Source: Rhabdothermincola salaria (GTDB lineage: Bacteria > Actinomycetota > Acidimicrobiia > Acidimicrobiales > Acidimicrobilacustridaceae). From it: a stretch of DNA of 64,000 bases. Below the pieces are notes generated by a model, which searched no databases, was not told the DNA's origin, and saw nothing but the letters and a program-made list of their open reading frames with translations. Where the stretch lies: NCBI RefSeq assembly GCF_021246445.1, contig NZ_JAJQXW010000001.1, positions 1,816,168 through 1,880,167 on the forward strand, written 5' to 3'. How positions within the stretch are numbered: the first letter of the stretch is position 1; each line of letters begins with the position of its first letter. The position numbers and the translations under genes were made by a program. This document shows positions 36,897 through 46,197 of the stretch, piece after piece.

Positions 36897-38102
36897 TCAG
36901 CCCTCGAGGGCGACGTCGAAGCGGTCGATGTAGGCGGCGTAGTCGGCGCGGATCTGCGGGGCGGACAGGCCGAACTGCTCGGCGGTGTAGCGGTGGGCGC
37001 CGTGGGCGCCGGCGCGATTGGCGGCGTGCCACTCGGCGATGGAGCGCTCGACCTCGGGACGCAGCTCGAGGCCCAGCCAGTCGTAGGTGCGGGCCACGGT
37101 GGCGAAGGGGTCGGCGACCAGGTCGACGTGGTGGACGTCGAGGAAGCGTTCCTCCCCCAGGCGGGCCCGGGCGGCCATGGCGTGGTCCATGCCGATGCGC
37201 AGGTGCTCGGAGACCTCGCGGCCGGCGCGGTGCAGGTCGGGCTCGGTGCGGGGCTCGGGGAAGATGCTGGTCACCAGGCTGGTGTAGGAGGGCACCACCT
37301 TGGCCGGGTCGCGGTGGGTCATCACGAAGCGGATGTCGGGGTAGGCGGCGACGATCGCCTCGAGGTGGAACTTGTGGTGCGGGGCCTTGAACAGCCAGAG
37401 GTCCGGGGGTCGCCGGGACTGCAGGAGGGTGACCACCCGACGGTGGTAGGCGAAGGTTTCGGTGCTGTCGGCCCGCCGCCACCAGTCGTGGTAGCCCCAC
37501 ACCGGCAACGTCATCTGCTGGCCGTGGAACGCCATGCCCAGCACTTCGCTGTCCTCGGTGGTGGCGTCGAGGTCGTAGAGGTGCATGGCCTTGAGCTCGG
37601 CCGGCACCTGCTCGTTGTCGGCCGCGGCCTGCAGGCGGCGGGGGTCGTCGGCCTCGCCGTCGAGGGTGGGCGGCGGCACGGGGCGGGCCTGCTCCCAGCC
37701 CCGCAGGCACCGGAACTGGGGGTCGAGCGAGAGCATGTTGGCCAGCGCGGTGGTGCCCGTGCGGGGCAGCCCGATGATGTCGACGGGGCCCCGCAGCTCC
37801 AGCCCCTCGAGTTCGGGGTGCTCGGCATACCAGGCCTCCACCTCGAGGCGGTTGACGAGTCGTTGGCGCAGCCGGTCGAGCACGGCGGGGTCGGTGGTGG
37901 GGCTCAGGTCGGCGTCGTGGGTGAGGCTGTCGAGCAACGCGTCGAGGCCGTCCCGGAAGTCGCCGGGTCCGAAGTCGTCGAGGCCGGTGGCGGCCATCGC
38001 CTCGGCCAGGAGCTGCTCGCTGGTGGGATAGCGGCCCTTCGTGTCGGGCGCGGCCTCGCTCGTGGGCGTGGCGGTGGTCGGCGTCTCGTCGTCGGTCGAC
38101 AT
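36897..38102 (-). CDS. Sulfotransferase family protein
   Basis: GLPRTGTT, WLFKAPHH, THRDP..SYTS. Confidence 0.92.
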   Translation of the reverse strand: MSTDDETPTTATPTSEAAPDTKGRYPTSEQLLAEAMAATGLDDFGPGDFRDGLDALLDSLTHDADLSPTTDPAVLDRLRQRLVNRLEVEAWYAEHPELEGLELRGPVDIIGLPRTGTTALANMLSLDPQFRCLRGWEQARPVPPPTLDGEADDPRRLQAAADNEQVPAELKAMHLYDLDATTEDSEVLGMAFHGQQMTLPVWGYHDWWRRADSTETFAYHRRVVTLLQSRRPPDLWLFKAPHHKFHLEAIVAAYPDIRFVMTHRDPAKVVPSYTSLVTSIFPEPRTEPDLHRAGREVSEHLRIGMDHAMAARARLGEERFLDVHHVDLVADPFATVARTYDWLGLELRPEVERSIAEWHAANRAGAHGAHRYTAEQFGLSAPQIRADYAAYIDRFDVALEG

Positions 38103-38204
38103 GGTGAACCCCCTGCCGTCCGGGCTATCACACGACGCCACCGGGCCGGGACGGCCCGCGACGATCCCCGCGCCGACGTGAGCAGCCCCGGCGCCGGGGG
38201 CGGG

Positions 38205-38837
38205 TCACTCCTCGGGGGCGGGTTGGTCGATGTCGTCCACGTCCTCTTGGAGCTGGGTGAGCGACGCGACGGCCTGGGTGCAGATCTGGTCGGCGTTGGC
38301 CAGGGCGGCGTCGAACGCGGTGCGCGGGGCCTCGGGCGGGGCACCGACGAGCTCGATGGCGCGGTTGGCGACCTCGCCTCGGGCGTCGGCGCAACGCTGC
38401 ATCTCGGTGGCCACGACCGGCCCCCGCTCGGCGATCTCGCGCAAGGTCTCGCGGTCGGTGGCCACGAGGAAGCCCTCGATGGTGCTGGCCTCGAGCTCCC
38501 CGCCCAGCTCCTCGACCTGGGTGCGCAGCGTCTCGGCCTGGGCGGCCAGCGAGGTGGCTTCCGCCTCGGAGTCGCGCAGGGCCCGTTCGGTGGCGTCGAG
38601 CTCCTCGCTCAGCCGGCCGACGTCGTCCTGCCAGGTGGCGAGCTGGTCGCGGGCGTCGGCCGCCTCGTCGCGTTGGGTGACGGCCCAGAAGCCCAGCGCC
38701 AGGATGACCACCAGGGCGAGGACGCCGCCCACCCAGACCAGGGCCGACCCGCTCACCCGGTTGCGGATCTTCATCGGTTCCCGCACGTAGGGCAGGTCGT
38801 CGGAGCCCACGCCGTGGGCGTCCTCGGGCACCGGCAT
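38205..38837 (-). CDS. Hypothetical single-TM coiled-coil protein
   Basis: TM ALVWVGGVLALVVILALGFW then heptad-rich region; start uncertain (38837 or 38774). Confidence 0.6.
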   Translation of the reverse strand: MPVPEDAHGVGSDDLPYVREPMKIRNRVSGSALVWVGGVLALVVILALGFWAVTQRDEAADARDQLATWQDDVGRLSEELDATERALRDSEAEATSLAAQAETLRTQVEELGGELEASTIEGFLVATDRETLREIAERGPVVATEMQRCADARGEVANRAIELVGAPPEAPRTAFDAALANADQICTQAVASLTQLQEDVDDIDQPAPEE

Positions 38838-39167
38838 GGGTGGGTGCGGGGTCACTGCGCCGGGCGGCACGTCCTGGTTGGCGGGGCGGGGACGTTCGGG
38901 TTGATCCAACGGGCTGGTCCTTCGTGAGGCGCGGCGAGCCGACGACGCCCGCACTCCCCCAGTATCACCGCATCCCTCTCCCTTTCCGGTGACCCGCCGG
39001 CTCGGCGAGTACGTCGGCTCGGAGCCGGTGCGCCGCCACCTGCGTCGCCACCGACGTCGCCACCGACCCCGCCACCGGGCCCGTCGACCCGGCCGTGGGG
39101 CGCGGCGCCGAGCCCCCCGTCCGACTCCCCCGCCCCGCGGGGAGGGCCGATGGTAGGTTCCGAGATC

Positions 39168-39548
39168 ATGAGGCGAACCGCAGCGATTCTGATCATGGCG
39201 GTGATGGCCCTGGTGACGCTGGCCTGCGGGGGAAGCGACGACTCGTCGGACTCCGAGGCCGGACCCACCACCGAAGCCGCCGCCGACGCCACCACGAGCA
39301 GCGCGGCGACGGAGGACGGCACCGGGGGCGAGGACCTCGCCATCGGCGACGCCGGCCTGGAGACCGCCATCCGCTCGGGACTCGAAGCCGCCGGGCTCGA
39401 GGTCACCGACATCGTCGTGGCCGACGACGTCGCCACCGTCACCTTGGCGACGGCCACCACCTCCCAGCGCGCCGTCGCCTGCGCGGCGGTCGGGTCGTTC
39501 GTGGGCACGACCGTCCTGGTGGTCGACGGCGACGAAGAGGAGTGCTGA
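39168..39548 (+). CDS. Hypothetical lipoprotein
   Basis: MRR..VTLAC lipobox; TAGGTT -10 8 nt before ATG. Confidence 0.7.
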   Translation: MRRTAAILIMAVMALVTLACGGSDDSSDSEAGPTTEAAADATTSSAATEDGTGGEDLAIGDAGLETAIRSGLEAAGLEVTDIVVADDVATVTLATATTSQRAVACAAVGSFVGTTVLVVDGDEEEC

Positions 39549-39635
39549 GCCGCTCACCCCTCCCTGGGCCCGCCGCTGCGTAGGGTGTCGGCCGTCGAGA
39601 CGTGAGGTCGGGGGACCTCCGGGGGGAGGACGACG

Positions 39636-40859
39636 ATGCACACGCGACCCGATTGGGTGCGGCGGATGAACGCCATGGCGATGGGGGCCGGCGGGGCGGC
39701 GGACCTGGTGCCGCTCGACGCCGACGACCTGATGGCGCGGGCGGCCGTCTCGACCGGCCTGGAGGACTTCGGCACCGGCAGCTGGGAGGAGGCCTACCGG
39801 CGCCTGGTCGACTCGTTGAACGACGAGGCCGAGCTGCACGTCGTGGGGCGGTTGCAGACCCGCTACGACCTGTTGACCCAGCTGCGGGTACGCCTCCAGG
39901 TGCTCGACGCGGTGGCCGGGGACCCGTCGATCACCGAACAGGAGGTCACCGCCCCGGTGTTCGTCACCGGCCCGGCGCGGTCGGGCACCAGCATCCTGCA
40001 CGAGCTGTTGAGCCAGGACCCGAACCTGCGCGGCCCGCTGGGTTGGGAGATGGTGCAGCCCTTCGCCCCCTCGGATGGTCCCGACGAGCGAGCGGCCTAC
40101 ACCGAGCCGTCGTTCGACCTGTGGAGTGACGTGTCGCCCGAGTTCGCCGCGGTGCACGAGCTGGCGTCGACGCTGCCCGAGGAGTGCATCTGGTTGATGG
40201 CCCCGGACTTCGCTCTGGGCTACTGGGCCACCTGCACCAACGTGCCCAGCTTCATGATGTGGCGGGCCATGAGCGATCCGTTGTCCGGCTATGAGATGCA
40301 CCGGACGATGCTGCAGGTCCTCCAGCACGGCACCGGGCCCACCACGTGGGCGTTGAAGTCGCCAGTGCACATGGGCCGGTTGTCGACGTTGTTCGCGGTC
40401 TACCCCGACGCCCGGGTGATCCACACCCACCGTGACCCGGCCAAGGTGGTGCCCTCCACGGTGAGCACGGTGGCCAACGGGCGCTGGCTGCGCTCCGACG
40501 CGGTGGACCCCAAGGAGGTGGCCGTCACCACCGGGTTCGGCATGACGATGATGCTCGACACCACCATGAACGAGCGCACCACCGGCGCAGTGCCGGCCGA
40601 CCAGGTGACCGACCTGCACTACCTCGACCTGTTGCGCGACCCGGTGGGCGCCATCGGCGGCGCCTACGAGCGGCTGGGCATCCCGTTCACCGACGAGCTC
40701 CCAGGACGCATCACCGGCTACCTCGACGCCCGCCCGCAGGACAAGCACGGGGTGCACCGCTACTCCGCCGCCGACTTCGGCCTCGACGCGGAGGAGATCC
40801 GCCAGGGCGCCGCCGCCTACATCGACCACTACGGCGTGGAGCCCGAACCGACCGCCTGA
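39636..40859 (+). CDS. Sulfotransferase family protein
   Basis: GPARSGTS, WALKSPVH, THRDP..STVS; RBS ggagg. Confidence 0.92.
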   Translation: MHTRPDWVRRMNAMAMGAGGAADLVPLDADDLMARAAVSTGLEDFGTGSWEEAYRRLVDSLNDEAELHVVGRLQTRYDLLTQLRVRLQVLDAVAGDPSITEQEVTAPVFVTGPARSGTSILHELLSQDPNLRGPLGWEMVQPFAPSDGPDERAAYTEPSFDLWSDVSPEFAAVHELASTLPEECIWLMAPDFALGYWATCTNVPSFMMWRAMSDPLSGYEMHRTMLQVLQHGTGPTTWALKSPVHMGRLSTLFAVYPDARVIHTHRDPAKVVPSTVSTVANGRWLRSDAVDPKEVAVTTGFGMTMMLDTTMNERTTGAVPADQVTDLHYLDLLRDPVGAIGGAYERLGIPFTDELPGRITGYLDARPQDKHGVHRYSAADFGLDAEEIRQGAAAYIDHYGVEPEPTA

Positions 40860-40894
40860 CCGCCGGCCCGGCGACGCCCGGAGCCAGCCCGTGG

Positions 40895-42766
40895 TCAGGC
40901 GGCGCGGACGAGTTGGTGGGCTCGGTGGCGGATGAGGGCGTGGACGGCGTCGTCGTCGAGGGGTTCGCCGTTGGTGTCGTGGGGGCCGAGGGCGCCGCTG
41001 GTGAGCAGGGCCACGACCTCGTGGAGCACCTCGGCGATCTCGGTCAGCTCGGCGCTCTCGGAGGCCCCAGCCGTCGGGGTGTTGCGCTGCCCGGGACGTC
41101 GCGGGGGTCTTGTGGACTCGCCCGGTACTGCGGGTGGGGTCGGATCGGCGGCGTGGTCGGAGGTGGGTTCCGCCCCATCGGGGTCCGACGGTCGGGTGGT
41201 GGTGCCATCGTCCCCGGTGCTCGGGGTGGTTCCGTCGGTGGGCTTGGTGCTCGCCCTGACCGGCTCGAAGACGTCGATGAAGTCGCCGGACACCACCAGT
41301 TCGCCGCCGCTACCAGGGGCGCCGTCGGGCCGCGCCTCGTCGGTGCGGGTGGGTGGGGTGAAGGGGTGGGGGGTGAGGGCGTCGATGGTGGGGTGGTCGA
41401 GGGGGAGGCGGGGTGGTCGGGTGCGTCTCGGGGGCGGTGAGAGCATGGGTGGGCGATCGGGGAACGTGAACACCACGGTGCCGTCGGGTTCGACGGTGAG
41501 CCCGTGGCCTTTGCGGTGCACGAGACCGTGGTGAGCGCCGCAGAGGGCGACCAGCCTGGCGATGTCGGTTCCACCGCCGTCGGCCCAGGCGTCGATGTGG
41601 TGGATGTCGGCCCACGCCGCCGGGGCGTCACAGCCGGGGAACCGGCAGGTGCCGTCACGGGCCAGGATCGCGTCACGCAACGTGGGGGTGGCCAGGCGGA
41701 TCGACCGGCCGTGATCGATCACCTGACCCTGGGCCAGCAACAACCGGGCCAGGGTGGTGCCCTCCCCGAACAGATCGTTGACCACCTCGGGGGTCAGGCT
41801 GCGACCTTCGATGGTGCGCAAGGCGGTGGATCCCCGGGCCAGAGCGTGGGTGAGGAACGCCCGAGTCGCGGCGCCGTACCCGTGCAGGGCGCACCACGCG
41901 CCCAGTTGCTCGGCCGTGGTGATGCCGGCGCCCCACAACACCCCGGCGGCAAGGCCGTCGAGGTCGACGGTGACCAGGATGTGGGGGTGCTGACGACCCG
42001 GGCGGGTCCCCTCGCTGGGATGGTGGTCGAGGAAGAACCGGGCCATGTCCACCCACGCGTCCCCCCGACGTTGCGCGGCGGTGCGCACCTCACCCGGCTC
42101 ATCCTCGGTCTCCGCGACCCGGAGGGCGTTCTCGATCACCGTGGCATCACCCGGGGCGAAGTTCGCTCGCTGCTCGGCCCGGTCGCCGAGGGTGCGTGAC
42201 CACTGGGCCTCCGACGGCGGCACCACCGGTGGGGCCTCCAACCGGGCCGGATCCGCCGAGGTGACCGCATCAGCGCAAGCCACCCAGTCCTCGATCACCA
42301 CCTTCGTGTCCGCCAACGACAACCCCACCAGCACCGGCGAACACTCGGCGTCGTGCTCGGCGTACAGATCGACCAGACCCTTGGGGATCAACCGGACGAC
42401 CATCTCCACCTGCGCCCCGGTCAACGCACCATCGGCCCACAACGACCGCATGGTCGACCAGACGGCCATGCGGGCCACCCGCACCAACAACGACCGAGCC
42501 GCCGGTTCGGTCAACCCCAGACGGGCCCGCACCCACGACGCCTTGGTCGGGAACCCCTCCACCCGGTGACCGTCGGCGGCGAAGAACCCCACCAGACCCA
42601 CCACCCGCACCGCCTCCAACCCATCGATACGCCGCGACAACGCCACCAACTCGTCATCGGAGACCGGCACGTCGACCGAGATGTCCGCATCAGGCTCACC
42701 GCCGTGGCCCACCGCGCTGAGGTCGGCGGTGTCGCCCAACCCCCCGGTCGCAGCCCCTTCGAACAT
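40895..42766 (-). CDS. DUF222 (13E12-repeat-like) HNH endonuclease
   Basis: QRRGDA, RDGTCRFPGC, DIHHIDAWADGGGT, LCGAHHGLVH; composition differs from neighbours. Confidence 0.9.
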   Translation of the reverse strand: MFEGAATGGLGDTADLSAVGHGGEPDADISVDVPVSDDELVALSRRIDGLEAVRVVGLVGFFAADGHRVEGFPTKASWVRARLGLTEPAARSLLVRVARMAVWSTMRSLWADGALTGAQVEMVVRLIPKGLVDLYAEHDAECSPVLVGLSLADTKVVIEDWVACADAVTSADPARLEAPPVVPPSEAQWSRTLGDRAEQRANFAPGDATVIENALRVAETEDEPGEVRTAAQRRGDAWVDMARFFLDHHPSEGTRPGRQHPHILVTVDLDGLAAGVLWGAGITTAEQLGAWCALHGYGAATRAFLTHALARGSTALRTIEGRSLTPEVVNDLFGEGTTLARLLLAQGQVIDHGRSIRLATPTLRDAILARDGTCRFPGCDAPAAWADIHHIDAWADGGGTDIARLVALCGAHHGLVHRKGHGLTVEPDGTVVFTFPDRPPMLSPPPRRTRPPRLPLDHPTIDALTPHPFTPPTRTDEARPDGAPGSGGELVVSGDFIDVFEPVRASTKPTDGTTPSTGDDGTTTRPSDPDGAEPTSDHAADPTPPAVPGESTRPPRRPGQRNTPTAGASESAELTEIAEVLHEVVALLTSGALGPHDTNGEPLDDDAVHALIRHRAHQLVRAA

Positions 42767-42778
42767 GCGGCCATGCTA

Positions 42779-42794
42779 TCAGACACACGTTCGA
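42779..42794. promoter_or_regulatory. Putative LexA (SOS) box at the DUF222-HNH promoter
   Basis: Minus strand TCGAAC-gtgt-GTCTGA vs TCGAAC-N4-GTTCGA; adjacent TAGCAT -10 6 nt before ATG. Confidence 0.55.
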
Positions 42795-42933
42795 GATCCA
42801 CCCTGTTCGCCATTTCTTTTCCTGCATTCACACCTGTCGAACCGCTCCTCACCGGTGGTGTCCCTGCCGGCACCTCCCGTGACCACATCGGGGGAATCCG
42901 GGACTGTCCCAGACGCTTCGTACCGTCGGGGAC

Positions 42934-44073
42934 ATGGCCAAGAAGGGACGACATCGCCAACCATCGACCCCACCGGGCCCACCGCGTCCCAGGGCCGACC
43001 ACCTGCGTCTGGTCGGCGGCCGTGGTGCGCCCACCGGCCGACCCACCGACGATCGGGCGGAGGCCAGCCGGGGCGATCCGCCGCCGGGAACATGGACTCC
43101 CGAGCGGGTGAAGGTGGAGCTCGAGCTGTTCTACGACGCACCGCAGGGGCGTCCACTCACCTACGAGGAGCGCTACGGGCTGGGCGCCCTCCTCGAGGGC
43201 GACCGCCCGGCCCTCTCCCACGACGGTACGTGCGGCGTCCGGTTCGTCCACCGGGCCATGGATCCCGCCACGCTCGACACCGTCGACGGCCTCGTGCCCC
43301 TCTTCATGCAGGAGTTCCCCCGAGGCCTCCGGGCATGGGTGCGCTTCTGTCGCAGCCGGACCCCCGACTCGAACGCCGAGCTCACCGTGTTCCTCCTCGA
43401 CGAGATCGACCGTCTGGAACCCGCATGGCGGGCCGGCCTGCACCTCTTGGAAGAACGCCGCCGGGCGAACCGACCAGGTGTGCTCCGGGCGCTCGACGAG
43501 ATCGCCGCCGATCTCGGTGGCCACGAGGCGCTCGCCCGGCTCACCGACGATCCCCTGCCGGACGAGCCGCTCGACACCGCCGGCCTCGACGACCCGACGG
43601 CGGCCTTCGTCACTGAGGTCGCGGCACTCTGCGATGCCTTCTTCAGCCTCGAGATCCACCGTGAACTGCGCACTGTCGCCCGCCGCCTCGTCGCCCTCTT
43701 CGCCCACCGCGGCGGGCCGGCGTTCCGCCGTCCGAAGCCAGGCTCCGTCGCGGCGGCGGTCTGTCATCTTGCCATCCACGGCAACCGCCTCCGGGTCCGC
43801 CGCTTCGGCTACTTCGAGATCGCCTCGATCGCCTACGTCTGCGGCGTCAGCCCCTCGGGGGTAAGCAAGCGCGCCACCGCCCTGCTGGCCCTGGCCCACA
43901 TCGAGCAGCCCGCCCCTGATCCGGAGGAGGCGGAGCTCCCGCGCCGGATGCGCAGGCGGCGTCCGATCCGACTCGGCGATGCCCAGCTGCTGGTGTCGGG
44001 CACCCGCCGTTGGTACCTCTCTCGGGCCGCGCAGCTGGAGGACCGCCTGGCCGAGACCGCCCACCTGGCGTAG
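42934..44073 (+). CDS. Hypothetical protein, DUF6398-like C-terminal helical/HTH domain
   Basis: PGSVAAAVCHLA..IAYVCGVSPSGVSKRA; long ORF with high-GC codon bias. Confidence 0.6.
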   Translation: MAKKGRHRQPSTPPGPPRPRADHLRLVGGRGAPTGRPTDDRAEASRGDPPPGTWTPERVKVELELFYDAPQGRPLTYEERYGLGALLEGDRPALSHDGTCGVRFVHRAMDPATLDTVDGLVPLFMQEFPRGLRAWVRFCRSRTPDSNAELTVFLLDEIDRLEPAWRAGLHLLEERRRANRPGVLRALDEIAADLGGHEALARLTDDPLPDEPLDTAGLDDPTAAFVTEVAALCDAFFSLEIHRELRTVARRLVALFAHRGGPAFRRPKPGSVAAAVCHLAIHGNRLRVRRFGYFEIASIAYVCGVSPSGVSKRATALLALAHIEQPAPDPEEAELPRRMRRRRPIRLGDAQLLVSGTRRWYLSRAAQLEDRLAETAHLA

Positions 44074-44156
44074 ATCTCCGCCCACGATCCACGATCCGCT
44101 CAGGCCACGGGTCAGCGGGGTGGTGGGGTGGCGGAACGCTCGGGCGCACACGGCGA

Positions 44157-44180
44157 GGGCCCGCCCCGGAGGGCGGGCCC
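44157..44180. terminator. GC-rich hairpin between convergent genes
   Basis: gggcccgccc-cgga-gggcgggccc, perfect 10-bp stem. Confidence 0.65.
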
Positions 44181-44222
44181 GTCGTCGGTCCTCGTTCACC
44201 CGGCCGCAGGAGCCGGGACCAG

Positions 44223-45275
44223 TCACCCGGTGAAGCGGGGGGTGACCACGGCCGGCTGAGCCGCGGTCGTGGTGGTCGTGGTGGTCTCGATGGGCTGGGG
44301 CAGGCAGGAGGTGTCGCCCTCGATCCAGGCCAGCACGACGAAACCGTCGCCCGGGGCCGGGCTGGGGCTGACCTCGGAGCCGGCGGGCGCCAGGTTGCCG
44401 CCGCCACCACCACCGGCGCCGACCGAGCCGTAGCCGGGGTAGCCGCCGCCACCACCGAGGTAGCCGCCACCGCCGCCACCGCCGCCGTCGCCGGAGGTGC
44501 CGCCGGTGCCACCGGTGAGGGCGTCACCCGCGGTGGGGGCCGTGTCGAGGAAGAGCTCGTCGCCGCCCAGGTAGGTGCCGGCCGCACCGGGGCTGCCCGC
44601 CGTGCCCGCTCCGCCACCGGTGCCGAAGAGGTCGTCGACGTCCTCACCCTGGTAGCCATCGGTCCCCGGGGCACCGCCGTTGCCGCCGTCGACGCCGTCA
44701 CCACCGGGTCCGGCCGCACCACCACCGCCGCCACCGCCACCGATCACCAGCGGGGTGTCGGCCTCGGTGAGCCACGAGGCGCCGCCACCGCCGCCACCGC
44801 CGGAACCTTCGCCGGCACCACCGGCGCCGCCGGAGGCGATGTCGCCGTCACCGCCGCCACCACCGAGCCCGGCGACGGTGTACGCCTCGATCTCGAGCGG
44901 CCGCTCCTGGTCGCCGTCCGCGCCGGCCTGGCCCACGAAGATCGAGAGGGTCTGGCCGGGGGTGACGACCATCTCACCGAACACGGTGCCGCCGAGGCCA
45001 CCGCTGCCGCCGGCCGCAACCGGGCCTTCCCCACCGAAGTCGCCGCCGGCGCCGCCGGCGCCGCCGCCCACGCCGTAGCCGAGGCACTGCACGTCGGCGG
45101 GCACGGTCCAGGTCTCGACCTCACCCGTGTACTCGAAGGAGGCTTCCTCGCCGGCGTCCTGGGCACCGGCGGGCCCGAAGGCCAGGCCCGGCAACAGCAG
45201 GCCGGCGACGGCCACGCCACCGACGGCGGCGATCCGGCCGGTGCGGCGACGCAGGGGACGCGCAGAGTTCGACAT
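44223..45275 (-). CDS. Secreted glycine-rich protein (ALK/LTK glycine-rich-like domain) with poly-Thr linker and C-terminal PRFTG
   Basis: Signal peptide ending AGA-Q; FEYTGEVETWTVP; GGGGG tracts; TTTTTTTAAQPAVVTPRFTG*. Confidence 0.8.
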   Translation of the reverse strand: MSNSARPLRRRTGRIAAVGGVAVAGLLLPGLAFGPAGAQDAGEEASFEYTGEVETWTVPADVQCLGYGVGGGAGGAGGDFGGEGPVAAGGSGGLGGTVFGEMVVTPGQTLSIFVGQAGADGDQERPLEIEAYTVAGLGGGGGDGDIASGGAGGAGEGSGGGGGGGASWLTEADTPLVIGGGGGGGGAAGPGGDGVDGGNGGAPGTDGYQGEDVDDLFGTGGGAGTAGSPGAAGTYLGGDELFLDTAPTAGDALTGGTGGTSGDGGGGGGGGYLGGGGGYPGYGSVGAGGGGGGNLAPAGSEVSPSPAPGDGFVVLAWIEGDTSCLPQPIETTTTTTTAAQPAVVTPRFTG

Positions 45276-45386
45276 CGAGGGTTCCTCCCAGGTGTGGGCG
45301 GAGTGCCTCCCCGCCGCCGGCGAACTTAGCCCGTGGCGCCGCCGGGATGAGGGAAGAGCTGCCGTCGCCGGGGCGACCGTGATCGG

Positions 45387-46070
45387 ATGGTCGGCATGCG
45401 CATGTACGAGGAACTGCTCTTGTTGGTCCTGCACGACGAGAAGGGCACCCCGAAGGGCACCTACGCCAACCTGGCGTTGGCTGCGGGGGTGCTGGGCGAG
45501 CTCGTCACCGAGGGGCGCCTCGAGGTGGCCGACGACAAGAAGGGCACCGTGACGGTGGCGGACGCCTCCCCCACCGGGGAGGCGGTCATGGACAGGGTCC
45601 TCGACAAGATCGCCTCGGCCCGTCGTCCTCGGCCGCTGAAGTCGTGGATCGACCGGATCGCCGACATGCGGGGGCTGCGCGACCGGGTGGCGGAGCCGCT
45701 GGTCGAACAGGGGGTGCTGCACGAGGAGTCCACCAAGGTGCTGGGCCTGTTCACCAGGACGCGCTACCCGGAGGCCGATCCCGAACCCGAACAGGAGCTG
45801 GTCGAACGGTTGCGCCGGGCGGTGTTCGGCGACGGCGCCACCAGCGAGGTCGACGAGCAGACGTGCCTGGTGGTGGCGGTGGCGTCGTCGGCGGAGCTGC
45901 TGCCCCGGATCTTCGGCCGCAAGGAGGTGGCCGGGCGCAAGGACCGCATCGCCGCGTTGGCCGCCGACGAGCGCCTCGGCGAGGCCACCCGCAAGGCCGT
46001 CGAGCAGTTGCAGGCAGCGATCGTGGTGGCGGTCACCGCCGCGGCGGCGTCCTCCGCCGCCAGCTCGTGA
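45387..46070 (+). CDS. GOLPH3/VPS74 (GPP34) family protein
   Basis: EELLLLVLHDEKG, LAAGVLGEL, LVEQGVL..KVLGLF..RYP. Confidence 0.85.
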   Translation: MVGMRMYEELLLLVLHDEKGTPKGTYANLALAAGVLGELVTEGRLEVADDKKGTVTVADASPTGEAVMDRVLDKIASARRPRPLKSWIDRIADMRGLRDRVAEPLVEQGVLHEESTKVLGLFTRTRYPEADPEPEQELVERLRRAVFGDGATSEVDEQTCLVVAVASSAELLPRIFGRKEVAGRKDRIAALAADERLGEATRKAVEQLQAAIVVAVTAAAASSAASS

Positions 46071-46197
46071 CGGAGAGGGTGCCCTACGGCCCGGGGACGA
46101 CGGCGCGCACCAGCGGGGCGAGCAGCACCCCGCAGGCGGCCACCACGGCTGGGATTCCGCCCGACCGGCCGGGATGCCGGTGGAGGCTCCCGGAGCC

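Noticed and set aside
39030..39080. Imperfect 12-bp repeats (cgccacc core)
   Set aside because: Low-complexity intergenic GC repeats with no supportable function
40895..42766. DUF222-HNH as an IS element
   Set aside because: No DDE/HUH transposase motif, terminal inverted repeats or target duplication found
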